In this document: in pieces, positions 38,511 to 52,740 of the stretch
How the letters are laid out: each line of letters begins with the position of its first letter
Position numbering within the stretch: position 1 is the stretch's first letter
DNA from: Mobula hypostoma
Taxonomy: Eukaryota
Assembly (NCBI RefSeq): GCF_963921235.1
Contig: NC_086108.1
Location: 50,408,001-50,472,000, forward strand
DNA: 64,000 bases
Direction: 5' to 3'
Program-made: the position numbers and the translations under genes
Notes under the pieces: model-generated
What the model saw: only the letters and a program-made list of their open reading frames with translations
Database searches by the model: none
Told to the model about the DNA's origin: nothing

Positions 38511-40396
38511 CTCCTTTTTTTTAAAAGAAAGAACATAGCCCAGTTTAGAAAAAAAAACTGCTCTTAACACACAACACCAAATGATTAAAGGGGGAGTAAA
38601 ATGAACAGAATATAGGGGAAAATAAGAGAAGCAGTTAACCATTTGACCTTTCACACTTGCTCTGCCATTAAATTTAATCATGGCCAATCCTCCATTTCGA
38701 TAACATTTCTCTCCTGATACAATTTGTTCACTTCTAGATCTAGAAGTCACACTAGACAAATACACCAACTTGACTTCTTTCTACAGAGTTCCACAGGACC
38801 ATCTGTTTCTGAGTAAAGACATCTCTGTTCACCTCAGTCCTCAATGTCTTACTGTGTATCATGAGACTGGGAACCCATGGGAAACAGCTTCCTTGCACCT
38901 AGACCGTTAAGCTTTTCTACCAGACTGCTCTTTATTTTAAACTCTTGTGATGGCAGATCTTGACAACCCAATCTCTCCCCACAGACAGACCCAGCGTCCA
39001 TGGAATCGGTTTGATGAACCTTCATTATACTGCCTCTGCACCATTAGGGATGGAGAACAAAACTGCACAAAATACTCTGGGCCCTGTAAAGTAATGGGAA
39101 GGAACCTGGTTTGGTAATTCTTAGAGATTTGTTAGAAATGCTGCAAAGTAACTTAAAATGATAAATTCTAGAATGCCATGCCATACCTTTAGGGTTATTG
39201 TAACCTGAACACAATTGTGTCTCATTTAAACTAGATTATATGTACTTTTCAGCTGGAACAGCAAGAAGGAGCTGTGTCCTGGCTGACCTTTCACCTCCTT
39301 AATCAAGGGGCACTGAAGATATTTTCAAGGTGTTCCATAACTCTCAAAGATAGATACTGAACAGTCTGTCAGAGAATGTCCGCAACATCATAAAGGACAA
39401 ACCACTCATTTTGTGAGAAAATAAATATTTCTACATTGTCATACATACAAGAAATATCAAGTTTCACACATGCTCAGCTACTGTACAAAGAAGCCCTCTG
39501 TAAATTTTTGCAATAGATTAATGAATACTGTCTGCCATTGATAAAACATTGTTTAGCACTCCAAATTGGAGATTTTTAAGAGACTATTAATAGCTCAGTG
39601 CTTTTCATGACATCATCTGCTTACTACATGTGTCTGCATATTTCACTGCATGTGAAACATTAGGGAAATCCTGTGTAATGTGATATGTTATAATACAAAT
39701 TCATCTTATAACATCCTGGGTACTAAAAACAAATGAGTCAAATCAGTATGCTGACATTTAGAGTAATACAGACAATAAGTCACTTGACATTAAAGCCTGA
39801 AAAACTGCTTAGTACAATTAACATTTGTGACACTAAGGGACATCAGGGACAAATTTCCAGTATCTAGTTCTGTGGTTAACAGCTAAAACCAGGATGTTTC
39901 TGTCCAAGATGCCTCTTCCACATACACAATTTGTGGGCCTACTAACAATATCCCTAGCAAGCATGGCAATTACAACAAACAGAGCAAACTTATTCCCAAA
40001 AATATATGACACTGAATAATTAATGTAGTAACTTTGGAGTCTTATTGCTCCAGATTTCAAATATCAAAGTTTTAAAAAAAAGTTTAAAGTTATTTTCTGA
40101 AAACATTTTCTTCCACTGTGAAGTTTCTAGATTCCTAGAAGTTTTATTGTGCATAGTGCCTCAAATAAGCGAAAGGAATACCAACTATTTTCTCAATTAG
40201 TTTTTGAACAGAAAATAAATGAAATGAATGGGGGGGTGGGGGAGTTGGCTTACTTTGCATCACCTGATGGTGTAGGATTTCTAGGGCAATCCCTTTTACA
40301 TTTAAGTTCCCCCCTTCCTCTTTATTTAACTCATTTTATGCTCATGATTTTATATGGAATGAAATATTCTGATTGTTTTATTTTGATTGAAGGATA

Positions 40397-41123
40397 CAGT
40401 GTATTCTGATTAATTGGACCACCAGTTATTTGGGACAGCTGCTTATTTTGGACGCTATGCTGCTTAATCAGAACAGGAGACTGTTGCCCAGCAGTTTCTA
40501 ACCAGCGTTAATAGCCCTAATGAAGAATCTCGACCTGAAATGTCGGTTGTTTATTCATTTCCATAGATCCTGCCTGACCTGCTGAGTTCCACCAGAATTT
40601 TGTGTGTGTTTCTCTTACTTGTGTCAGTTGCGTGCACTTGTGTGGCCGTTGAACACTACACCGTGTTTAGAGTTGCCCGTGTTCATGTTGTGTTATCTAT
40701 TTGGGCTGATGGACACTGATTCAAAAATTGGTGATTTTTGATCATTTTGATTTTTATTTTGACTTTGAATGATTACGACACTAATTCATTCAGGAAGGCA
40801 GTCTATTATCTGTACCAGGTGTCTACGTTGATTTTGTTAATTTACAGTCAAGCAAAAGAACACGGCAGTGTGCATTGGATGAAGTCCTCCATTGATAACT
40901 ACTAGGAACTAATACACAGTTTTATAGTACTGTACTAGTATCGTCAGTGTTCTAATATGGTCTGTATTTCATTTAAATACGTAATTTGTTAATCAGTTAA
41001 ATGGTAATTTGTCTTTTTACACCTTTTTAAGTATTTCCATGAAACTTCAGCTAATTGGGACAGCTGCTTAATTGGGCCAAAATGTACTGGTTCCAATATA
41101 TCCCAATTAACCAGAATTTACAG
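40397..41123. mobile_element. Tigger/pogo-like non-autonomous DNA transposon containing a PLE terminal fragment (40512-40610)
   Basis: Left end TA|cagtgtattctgattaattgg, right end tcccaattaaccagaatttacag. Homologous in inverted orientation to 62626-63461. Confidence 0.7.
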
Positions 41124-41638
41124 ATTTCAGTCCACCTGGTTGCTTGTTTTGCGGAGAAGTGCAAAAGCTCCCCTCTAGAGGGCATTGTGCTGACACAACT
41201 CACCAGTTTACAGAACTCAAACTAAACCTTACCCCACGTATTGCTGACTGCATCTAGTTTTCTGCAGAATTACACAATTTCCCCTTGAGTGATTAAGTAC
41301 AACCTTCTGAGCTAAGGATGGGAGATAGTTAACTGATACATGCAAAGAGCCCTGGGGAAAGGATCAATATTTGTCCAGGCCTGTAAGAGTATGTTCCAAG
41401 AAGGTCATGAAGAACATTTCAGTGTTTCTGAAAATGCATCCATATAAATCCTAGAAGTGTAGAATATTTTGTGAGTAAGTTGCACGTAGGTAACAGTATT
41501 CTGCAGAGATATTCTTTGGTTGTTGTACTGTTGAATGTGTTGAGAGTGGGGACAAGAAATAAAGGGTATGATAAATAGTACAATGAAACAATTAAAAATC
41601 TTACGCTGAGGTTTAAGATTGAATAACGTGTGCAGTAC

Positions 41639-41734
41639 CTAGCTCTTCTTCCATAGTGGTGGTGCCTTGGTTGCTGGAACTGCTTACTCCAAGCACTCGA
41701 TTGAATAGTATGGAAAATGCACTGCCCCAAACAC
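41639..41734 (-). CDS. PLA2G4A: cPLA2-alpha exon (96 bp; GVWGSAFSILFNRVLGVSSSSNQGTTTMEEEL)
   Basis: Manual translation. Acceptor gatag, donor gtactg. Phase 1-1. Confidence 0.97.
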
Positions 41735-43324
41735 CTATCAATGCAATAAAGGAAAATAAAATTGAAACAATAATGATTCCACTAAAAAAAAGTTAATACT
41801 ACAATATGAATAGAAGCAAGATGGGAGAAATTCATCGTGGCTGAGTGAGAATATTGGCTACCAGTTGCATTTATGATTGACATCTGATTCCACTGAAGAG
41901 GATGGTGCATATAGCCAACAGCCTGTACGCTTGCTCTCACGCACAACCAGTGACCAAGAACAAATTTATCCACAACTTACGTGCCATATCAAAAACTGGA
42001 TGAGACCATTTGACTGGATTACAACAAACTACATCATACTGATCTGTCTTCTACCCACTGTAAAATAGGGTCAACGAAACTACTCCGTTGGCACCCTGTC
42101 CCCCCGAACACAAATCTTATTGCAGCCCCATTGTTCTTCAATGAGGGTAATATTTCTGCTCCAGTAACCTCTTCCTAGCAACCGAGCCAGGGACAGGTCA
42201 GATATGCACACAAAGCACTAACTGGTGCGGCTCATGCTCCCATTTCTTTCTTTATTTTACAGCTGTCAAGCACAGCATTCCAAAAAGGTAGCTACTATGA
42301 AAATACTCAACATTTAACAGAACAGAAGAGGAAAGAGAGCAAAATGTACATCCGTACCTTTCAGCAGCATATAGCAAGGCAAAATGCAACATTAATAGCT
42401 CATTAAAATTGTGCTGCTCTCTGGATGTGGGAAAAGCTAAGGGTCATTGAAATTAAATGTGTTAGCTTCAAATTAAATTCAGTTTGTGAAGCAGTTCAGC
42501 TATTGTAGCTGGTTGGGTGTCCAGTACTCCAGTGGGAAGAAGACAAAGAAGTATGAAGTTAGTTTTACTAATTTGAATTCAGAATTTAGAAGTCTATTGA
42601 TCTCAAGGCACATTTTTAAAAAACTCAGGAAAAATACATAATGCAGAGGAAATCCACATTCCCTACTTTCATTATTACGAAGTTAAAATTATCTGTTTTT
42701 TTTTCCTCTGAAGATTGTCCCATTCGTTTTAACAAAGACAGAATAAGAGTTCCAGTAATTTATTCTTGGAGGGATATAATTTCATTGCCAGATTAGCTGA
42801 ATAGTCCCAACTCAGAGACAAATTATCTGTCCAGGAAGAGTTATAAAAAAAGATTTACAAGTGGCATCCTAAACATTTTCCCGATCTACACTCCATCTCC
42901 ATTCTTGATATCCTTCTTCCAATTCCTGCAAATAATCCCATTGATACTAATGACAACACTGCTCGATCATCTTCTCTATTATCACCCCAAAAATCCAGTC
43001 AATAACAAGTCTCTTTAACCTGCGACAATTGAAAGCCTTAAAAATGAATTGCTGGAGAAAAATAGCTGGAACTTGTGGTAGGAGCTGATGATGCCTACTA
43101 TGATCCATGCAAAACATATCTGGGGACAAATTCTACTCATTTATGATTAGACTCCCTATAAAGCTCTGGAGAAGTTGAGCCAAATGCAAGTTGATTAATT
43201 CAATAAGAGTTTTCTTTTAAGCAGGTTGACTTAATAGAAATGTTAAAATTATTATTTGATAATAAGCTATTGGCATTGTCCAGGACAACATTGACCAGAA
43301 AGCCCATTTTTCAAAGAAAAAAAT

Positions 43325-46300
43325 CTATAAGAACAGAATTAAGCTATTCTCCCATCAAGTCTGCTCCACCATAATATAATGGCTGATTTTGTTTTCCCTT
43401 TCAACCCCATTTTTCAGCATTTTCTCCAATCTTTAACACCCTTACTAATCAAGAATCTATTGACCTCCACTTTAAATATGCACTATGACTTGGGCCCCAC
43501 AGCCTTTTGTGACAGATTTACCATCCTCTGGCTAATAAAAAAAATCCTTCTATCTCTGTTCAAAAGCAATGTCCTTTTACTCTGAGGATAAGCTCTCTGG
43601 TTCTAGACCCGCTTAATACTGGAAATGTCCTCTCTGTATCCACTCTGTTCAGGACTTACAGCAGCTTTCAAAGAGATCCCCCTCATTATTCTAAGTTCCA
43701 GTGAGTACAGCTCAGAGCCATGAAAAGCTCCTCACATAGTAGCATGCAAAAGTTTGGGCACCTCTGGTCAAAACTTCTGTTACTGTGAATAGCTAAGTGA
43801 GTAAAAGATGAACTGATTTCCAAAAGGCATAAAGTTGAAGATGACACATTTCTTTAATATTTTAAGCAAGATTACTTTTTTATTACCATCTTTTACAGTT
43901 TCAAAATAACAAAAAAGGAAAAGGGCCTGAAGCAAAAGTTTGGGCACCCTGCATGTTCAGTACTTAGTAACACCCCCTTTGGCAAGTATCACAGCTTGTA
44001 ATCGCTTTCTGTAGCCAGCTAAGAGTCTTTCAATTCTTGTTTAGGGGATTTTCGCCCATTCCTCCTTACAAAAGGCTTCTAGTTCTGTGAGATTCTTGGG
44101 CCGTCTTGTATGCACTGCTCTTTTGAGGTCTACCCAGATTTTTGATGATGTTTAGGTTGGGGGACTGTGAGGGCCAAGGCAAAACCTTTAGCTTGCGCCT
44201 CTTGAGGTAGTCCATTGTGAATTTTGAGGTGTGTTTAGGATCATTATCCTGTTGTAGAAGCCATCCTCTTTTCATCTTCAGCATTTTTTTTATATAGACG
44301 GTGTGAAGTTCGCTTCCAGAATTTGCTGGTATTTAATTGAATTCATTCTTCCCTCTACCAGTGAAATGTTCCCCGTGCCACTGGCTGCAACACAAGCCCA
44401 AAGCATGATCGATCCACCCCCGTGCTTAACAGTTGGAGAGGTGTTCTTTTCATGAAATTCTGCACCCTTTTTTCTCCAAACATACCTTTGCTCATTGCAA
44501 AAAGTTCTATTTTAACTTCATCAGTCCACGGGACTTGTTTCCAAAATGCAACAGGCTTGTTTAGATGTTCCTTTGCAAACTTCTGATGCTGAATTTTGTG
44601 GTAACGACGCAGGAAAGGTTTTCTTCTGATGACTCTTCCATGAAGGTCATATTTGTGCAGGTGTCGCTGTACAGTAGAACAGTGCACCACCACTCCAGAG
44701 TCTGCTAAATCTTCCTGAAGGACTTTTGCAGTCAAACAGGGGTTTTGATTTGCCTTTCTAGCAATCCTACGAGCAGTTCTCTCAGAAAGTTTTCTTGGCC
44801 TTCCAGACCTCAACTTGACCTCCAGTCTTCCTGTTAACTGCCATTTCTTCATTACATTATGAACTGAGGAAATGGCTACCTGAAAACGCTTTGCTATCTT
44901 CTTATAGCCTTCTCCTGCTTTGTGGGCATCGGTTATTTTAATTTTCAGAGCGCTGGGCAGCTGCTGATTGTTGGGACAAGGTTTGAGGAGTCAGGGTATT
45001 TATAAAGCTTTGAAATTTGCATCACCTGGCCTTTCCTAACGATGATTATGAATAAGCCATAGCCCTAACAAGCTAATTAAGGTCTGAGACCTTGGTAAAA
45101 GTTATCTGAGAGCTCAAATCGCTTGGGGTGCCCAAACTTTTGCATGGTGCTCCTTTCCTTTTTTAACACTCTAAAATTGTACAAAACAAAAATAATACAC
45201 TAATCTTGCTTAAAATGTTGAAAAGAATGTTTCATCTTTAACTTCATGACTTTTGGAGATCAGTTCATCTTCTACTCACTTAACTATTCACAGTAACAGA
45301 AATTTTGACTGGGGTAGCCCAAACTTTTGCATGCCACTGTACATTAACCCTTTCATCTCTGGAATCATTCTCCAAGACCTTCTCTGGACCCTTTCCAATG
45401 GCAGCACATCCTTCCTCGGATATGTGGTGCAAAACTGCTCACAATACTGCAAATGTGTTCTGACCAATGCCTTATAAATCCTCTGCATTACATCCATGCT
45501 TTTATATTCTAGTACTCTTTAAACAAAAGCTACAATTGCATTTGCCTTCCTTACTACCGACTCAATGGCAAAATAACTTTTAAGAAATCCTACACTAGAG
45601 CTCCCAAGTCCCTTTGCACCTTTGATTTAATTCTGTCCCCATTTAGAAAGTAGTCCACGTCTTTATTCTTTCAACCAGTGTGCATGACCATGCATTCCCT
45701 ATGTTGTATTCCATTTGTCACCTCTTTGGCCATTTTCCGAACCTGACCAAATCCTTATGAACACTGAATGCTTTCTCAACACTGCCAAACCCCTTGCCTA
45801 TCTTTGCGTTATCTGTAAATTTGGCCACCAAGCTTGAATTACATCATCTGGATCATTAACATATAAAATAGAAAATGTATCACCATTTACGGCAAAACAG
45901 CTCTAGTCACCAGCAGCTAACCAGAAAAGACCCTCTTTATTCGCACTCTTTGTTGTCTGTCAGTCAGCTAATCTTCTGTCCATGCTATCACCTTTCCTGC
46001 AACATCATGGGCTCGTGTTTAACAGCCTTTTGTGCAAGACCTTAAAAATCCAAGTATACAATTACTGACTCTCCTTTATCTATCCTGCTTGTTACTTCCT
46101 CAAAGAATTCCAACAGATTTGTCAGGAAGGATTTCTCCTTCAGGAAACGATATTGGCTTCACCCTATTTTAATCATATGCTTCTAAGTATGGCAAAACCC
46201 CATCCTTAATATCGACTCTAAAATCTTACCAATCACTGAATACAGGCTAAACAGCCTGTAATTCAATGTCTTTTCCCTCTTTCCCTTCTTAAAGAGTGAA

Positions 46301-46875
46301 GTAACATTTGTAATTATCTAGTTCTCTGGAAACATTCCAGATTCAAGTGATTCTTGAATTATCAATACTAATGCCTTCAAATCTCCTCAACTACCTTTTT
46401 CAAAATCCATCTGGTCTAAGTGATTTATCTACCTTCACACCTATAAGCTTCCCAAGCACCTTCTGCTTAGTAATAGTGACTACACTGACTTCTGTTCCCC
46501 CACCTAACTCTCCCTAATTTCTGACATGTTGCTGGTGTCTTGCAGTGAGGACTGACACAATATACTTAACCAGTTTATCTGCCATTTCTTTGTTCCCCAG
46601 TCCTACCTCACCAGCATCACTGTCTAGCAGTCCAATGTCTACTCTTGCCCCTCTTTTACTCTTTAAATATCTCAAAAAAAAGTTTGAGATTCTCTTTTAT
46701 ATTACTGGCAAGCTTGCCCTTCTATTTCATCTTTTCACCCCTTATTGCTTTTTAGTTGCATTCTGTTGGTTTTTAAAAGCTTCCTGATCCTCCAGTTTCC
46801 CGCCAATTTTTGCAATATTGTATGGCCTATCTCTGCTTTTATGCTTTCTTTGACTTCCAATGCCAGCCACAGTTG
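43325..46875 (-). mobile_element. Decayed CR1 (RT and 3' end) interrupted by a Tc1
   Basis: Peptide IYKALVRTHLQYCEQF..ERVQRR (45340-45497). 3' tail at ~43330-43730. The sequence joins across the Tc1 as ctcctca|ta|cattaaccc. Confidence 0.85.
43737..45339 (-). mobile_element. Complete-length Tc1-family transposon with IR/DR ends and a dead transposase
   Basis: TIR (c/t)agt(g/a)gcatgcaaaagtttggg, TA at 45340-41 (CA at left). Inner DRs at ~43932 and ~45127. Peptides [43 protein letters not shown]. Confidence 0.95.
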
Positions 46876-46893
46876 CATCAAACTGCTTCTTAC

Positions 46894-47031
46894 CCATTAG
46901 GAAATGAAGTGGGTTCTCTTCATATCTCTTTACCAATGTTCCCATGAAGAACTTGCTGCCAAATATGCTGGGGTGCATGAATGTTCCATACTTCGCCATT
47001 CCAATCTCATACGGACTGAATTCCACCCAGT
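46894..47031 (-). CDS. PLA2G4A: cPLA2-alpha exon (138 bp; DWVEFSPYEIGMAKYGTFMHPSIFGSKFFMGTLVKRYEENPLHFLM)
   Basis: Overlaps ORF 46742..47026. Acceptor tatag, donor gtaaga. Confidence 0.98.
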
Positions 47032-47885
47032 CTATAAATTAATGAAACAAATTTAAGGAAGGAAGGGAGAGTCATTGTGAAAGACATCATTAATTCAATC
47101 TACTACATAAACACCAAGTACTCCTTTTAGTGTTAGTCAGTATGTCCCTAAATCTCTCCATTTAGTATAGGAATATATATTTGACCTAATAGTTTATTTT
47201 TGTAGTCACATGGGTTCAAAACAGGGTCACATATGAAATTGAAAACTTTAGTTTGCACATGAATATATAATCTTGCATTTTGGTTTTAGAACACTGGCAG
47301 GATTTTCAGAGAATTTGAAAAATTTGAAGAATTTCACCTTTGAGAATTCTTCATTGTGATTGGTTACTCAGGCAGATTGATGTCTTAACAGCTTCAGGGT
47401 GTCATGATGCTCACTGAACTGATGTCCGACAGCCACTGAAGAGAGAAGTTATTGCCACAGTGATCATTAGATCTTCAAGGGCAGCTTTCTTTGAGGTCAA
47501 CATCAAGCATAAATACTGTAATGCCATCTCAAAATCAAGACCAAACAGGTGAGACAGCCACAATTCCTTGCTTCCACAATTTTGATATACTCTAATGGGA
47601 AAGAGGTATATTGGCAGATCTGGACATTGGCAGAACGAATGTGCGAGTGGGCAGGTATGAAGATATGAAACCTGCTGCATGCCCAAGGAGGAAATTCATG
47701 ACATATAGTGCAGAATGTGGTGGGTTTAGTTTGTCATTTTGAGGATAACATTCATGGTTCTCAGCACTTCACCATAGACTTAACTCTATTACTTGTCAAA
47801 ATTGATTTTTACAAATTATGAAAATAGAAGTAATAAGAGATATAATAATCAAATAAAGCTCATAATTTAAGAAAATAGGAATGTA

Positions 47886-47907
47886 ACACACACACACACA
47901 CACACAC
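47886..47907. repeat. (AC)n microsatellite
   Basis: 11 AC units read directly. Confidence 0.95.
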
Positions 47908-48012
47908 CAACTGAAAAGCCTGAAGGTTAGCTGTGAATTATAAAGTAGCATCTTGGTTATACAAACTCACGTATACCAACTGATGTATAATTACCCAATT
48001 AAGTGGACCTAC

Positions 48013-48127
48013 CTGCAAACATGAGTTCAGAGACATCGGGCTTTACATGTAAACAGGTAAATAAGGGCATTGGGCACTGCCCTTTGTGGATCTTGTTTTT
48101 CAGCTCACTCATTCTATAGTTCATTCT
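48013..48127 (-). CDS. PLA2G4A: cPLA2-alpha exon (115 bp; RMNYRMSELKNKIHKGQCPMPLFTCLHVKPDVSELMFA)
   Basis: Manual translation. Acceptor ttgcag, donor gtaggt. LFTCLHVKPDVSELMFA matches the human protein. Confidence 0.97.
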
Positions 48128-50109
48128 CTGCAATATAACAGGAAACAGAATAGAGTTTGAGATTTCTAAAACAATCAAAATACATTACTGAAGTGGAAAT
48201 GGTACAGCAATTTCAAAATCACATTCTCCTTTTCCAACTTAAACAATAATCCATTAATTTTGCAGTTTCATTGATTATTTTTTCTCTAGTTTATCTACCT
48301 TCCAAATGTCTACATATTCCCCCTTACTTCCAATCACAAGCTGAGGATTTTGCTGACTGTTCACCCTTCAGTAGCCAGACACAGTGTGCCCATTGCCTCC
48401 ATAACTTTTGCCCTACTGCTGAAGATCATTTAGGAAGGGCAAGATACAAACAACACCTGTCAGAAAATAATGGATGTTTCAGTGCCACAGACAGTGAACA
48501 CAGATACAAAATAATATCCGATATCTATGATTATTAGACTTCCTACCATCATAATGAATAACAGGCAGAGTATGATGCTAAGTGTCACAGATGGAACTGT
48601 TACTCAGCAAGTGACCTCAGAAGGAAAATGACAATGGGTTAAATGATGTTAGGTTCACTTAAACACTATGGCTTGACTACAGATAGTAGACTCATAACAA
48701 TGTCTTAAAGTGGAATAGACTATTGTGCTTCATTTGTACACTTTGGGATAAATATTTCAATTCAACTAAAGTAAAAGATACAAAGAAATAAGTTTGAAGC
48801 TCTCAGATATGTGTGTTATATGGGGACCAAAATTTTTGCTTTTCTATTGCTGAATCACCCTATTTGGATTTAGAGGTAATGTTTCACCTGGACTTCTCCA
48901 GCCACATAGCTTTCAACAAAGGACAAGTAACTTAGTAAGAAATGTAAATTCAAAATGATTGCGTTCCCTAGGGATTTGTGATCAAGGTTAGAAGAGCTAA
49001 TGCAGCCATGAACCACAGCAAGGAATGTCACAAATCCAGATCAACTAACAAAAAACAACTACAGGTGATATTTTCTTACCCAATTATCCAGCCAAGTTAA
49101 AACACCTTTCATATCAAAGATAATTTTAAAAACACATACATAATAGCTACTTTTAATTGGCTATGCTTGCTTTATGAGATAAAAAGCCACATGGTAATAT
49201 ATGTCAATTACACCAAGATAGACAACATTGTAGATGGCAGCACAATGAGATATGTAGCTTAATAGAGGGACATTTCCATCTGTGACATTCAGCACTGTGT
49301 CCCAGCAATTATTCTTTGTTCATTTTAAAGGTAAGGGCAGATCTATGGTCAATGGATATCAATAAGTAGTAAATGTGAACGTGACCCTACTAAAACTGCA
49401 ATACTGCAAAAACCACAGATTAAAATACCAGGCCTCTACTATGATGATCAGCATCATCCAACCCACGCCTGAGGACTCTGACTTCACTGTTAATCACACA
49501 CCCTGGAATCTCTGGCCTTTACAGCAACTCCATTCCCCTGTGGCCTTGTTCTCCCCTCCCAGATTCACCTGTATCTGCAGCAGATCGTACAGACCAGACT
49601 GGAACTCAAGCACCTAACTGCTGCACACCAAGAGATAGGCATACTATATTTTCTAAGATGAAAACTCTTCAAAGACATAACCTAACGGTATAATTTTAAC
49701 ATTAAAAATAAAGAGTAAATATGTTTATATAGCTTAAGCGGTTTTCCTAAGAAATCACCAACACAAACAGAAGTAAATATTTTTCCACAATTTTAGTGTC
49801 TTGCAGACTAATCAGCCAGCTTTTTTATGTTTATCCCTCTAGTTTAATTAGGTATTTAGTTTTGTGATCCCGTGGTTACAGTATGTAAGCTGGTCTTGCT
49901 ATGGTTCTATTCTGCAAAATACTTAAGTTATATTTTAATTGATCTCTCATGCACAAACACCACACCCACTTCACATCAGCCATAACCCTGACACTTTCTC
50001 AGTTTTACCACAGTTCTGGAAAGAGGTGAAGCAAGAGGATGAGCTGTGCATTCATTTCTATTTAAGGGGGTGGGGGTGTCTGTGTTGATATACTGCATAT
50101 ATTCACACC

Positions 50110-52740
50110 CAGGGGGTGGTGTGGCCCTGGGTATAAGAAATAATATTAAATCATTAGAAAGGGATGACATAGGATCAGAAGGTGTAGAGTCTCTATGGGT
50201 TGAGTTAAGAAATGGCAAGGGTAAAAGGACCCTAATGGCAGTTGTATACAGGCCTCCAAACAGCAGCCAGGATGTGGATTACAAATTACAATAGGAGATA
50301 GAAAAGGCATGTCAGAAAGGCAATGTCATGATAATCGTTGTGGATTTTAACATGAAAGTGGATTGAGAAAACCAGGCCAGCACTGGACCTCAAGAGAGAG
50401 AGTTTGTAGAAGATGTAAGGAGTGGCTTTTTAGAACAGCTTGTTGTTGAGCCCACTAGAGGATTGGCTGCACTGGATTGAGTGTTGTGCAATGTTCTGGA
50501 GGTGATAGAGAGCTGCTCACGGTTAAGGAATACTTGGGAAACAGTGATCACAATAAGATCAAGTTCACTTCGAAACTTGAGAAGGAGAAACTAAAATCCA
50601 ATGTGCCGGTATTACAATGGAATAAAGGAAATTACAATGGCATGATAAGGGAACTGGTCAAAGTTGACTGGAAAGGGACACTAGCAGGAAGGACAGCAGA
50701 ACAGCAATGGCTGGAGTTTCTGCGAAAAATGAGGGAAGTGCAAGACAGATATATTCCAAATATGAAGAAATTTTCGAATGGAAGAAGGACACTACTGTGG
50801 CTGACAAGTAAAGTCAGAGCCAAAGTAAAAACTAAAGAGAGGGGATACAAGGAAGACAAAGCTAGTGGGAAGATAGAGGATTGGGAAGCTTTTAAAAACT
50901 TGCAGAAGGAAACTAAGAAGGTCATTAGGAAGGAAAAGATGAATTATGAAAGGAAGCTGGCGACTAATATCAAAGAAAGTACTAAAAGCTTCTTTAAGTA
51001 TACAAAGGGTAGAAGAGAGTTGAGTGTAGATATAGGATCAATAGAAAACAACGTTGGAGACATTGTAATAAGAGATGTAGAGATGATAGAGGAACTGAAT
51101 GCACATTTTGTATCAGTCTTCATAGTGGAAGACACCTGCAGTATACAGGATATTCAAGAGTGTCCCGAAAGAGAAGTATGTGCAATGAAAATTACGACTG
51201 AGAAGGTACTCAGGAAGCTTAATGGTCTGAGGGTGAGTAAATCTCCTGACCAGATGGAATGCACCCTCGAGTTCTGTAGGAAGTAGCTGGAGAGAATGCG
51301 GAGGCATTAACAATGATCTTTCAAGAATTGATAGATTCTGGCATTGTACTGGGATGACTGGAAAATTGCAAATATTACTCTGCTATTTAAGAAGAGTGGG
51401 AGCCTGACATCAGTGGTTGGGAAATTGTTGGAACCGATTGTTAGGGATGATATTAGAGAGTACCTGGAAGTACATGACAAGATAGGCCAAAGCCAGCATA
51501 GCATGGTTTCCTGAAAGGAAACTCCTGCCTGACAAACCTACTATAATTTTTTTAGGAAATTACAAGCAGGGTAGACAAAGGAGATGCAGTAGACGTGGCG
51601 TACTTGGATTTTAAGAAGGGCTTTGACAAGGTACCGCACATGAGGCTGCTTAGCAAGATAAGAACCCATGGAATTACAGGGCAGTTACTGGCATGGGTGG
51701 AGCATTGGCTGATCGGCAGAAAACAGAGTGGGAATAAAGGGATCCTATACTGGCTGGCTGCCGGTTACCAGTGGAGTTCCACAGGAGTCAGTGTTTGGAC
51801 CGCTGCATTTTACGATATATGTCAATGATTTGGACTATGGGATTAATGGAGTTGTGGCTGAATTTGCCGAAGATACAAAGGTAGGTGGAGGAGCAGGTAG
51901 TGTCGAAGAAACAGACAGCCCACGGAGAGACTTAGATAGTTTAGGGGAATGAGCAAACAAGTGACAAATGAAACACAATGTTGGAAGGTGTATTGTCATG
52001 CACTTTGATGAAAGAAATAAATGGGCAGACTATTATTGAGATGGGGAGAGAATTCAAAATTTGGGAGTCCTTGTGCAGGATACCCTAAAGGTTAACCTCC
52101 AGGTTGAGTCAGTGGTGAAGAAGGTGAATGGAATGTTGGCATTCATTTCTAGAGGTATAGAATGTAAGTGCAGGGATGTGATGTTGAGGCTCTATAAGGG
52201 TGCTCGTAAGACCACACTTGGGAGTATTGTGTGCAGTTTTGTCTCCTTATTTTAGAAAGGACATACTGACATTGGAGAGAGTTCAGAGAAGATTCACGAG
52301 AATGATTCCAGGGATGAAAGGGTTACCATATGAGGAACATCTGGCAGCTCTTGGGCTGTATTCCCTGGAGTTCAGGAGAATGAGGAGAGATCTCATAGAA
52401 ACCCTTCGTAAGTTAAAAGGCCTGAACAGATTAGATATGGCAAAGTTATTTCCCATGGTAGAGGAGTCTAGAACAAGAGCACACGACTTCAGGATTGAAG
52501 GACGTCCATTTAGAACAGAGGTATGGAGAAATTACTTTAGTCAGAGGGTGGAATTTGTTGCCACGAGTGGCTGTCATTGGGTGTATTTAAGGCAGAGATA
52601 GATAGGTTCTTGATTAGCCAGGGCATCAAAGGGAATGGGGAGAAGGCAGGGGAGTGGGGATGACTTGAAGAATTGGATCAGTCCATGATTGAATGGCAGA
52701 GCAGACTCGATGGGCCAAATGGCCTACTTCTGCTTCTAAT
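50110..52740 (+). mobile_element. Decayed CR1 ORF2 (APE to 3' end)
   Basis: Peptides GGGVAL, ESLWVEL, YRPPNS, GNSDH, YLDFKKGFDKVPH, GVPQESVFGP, FAEDTK, then the 3' hairpin. Confidence 0.92.
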
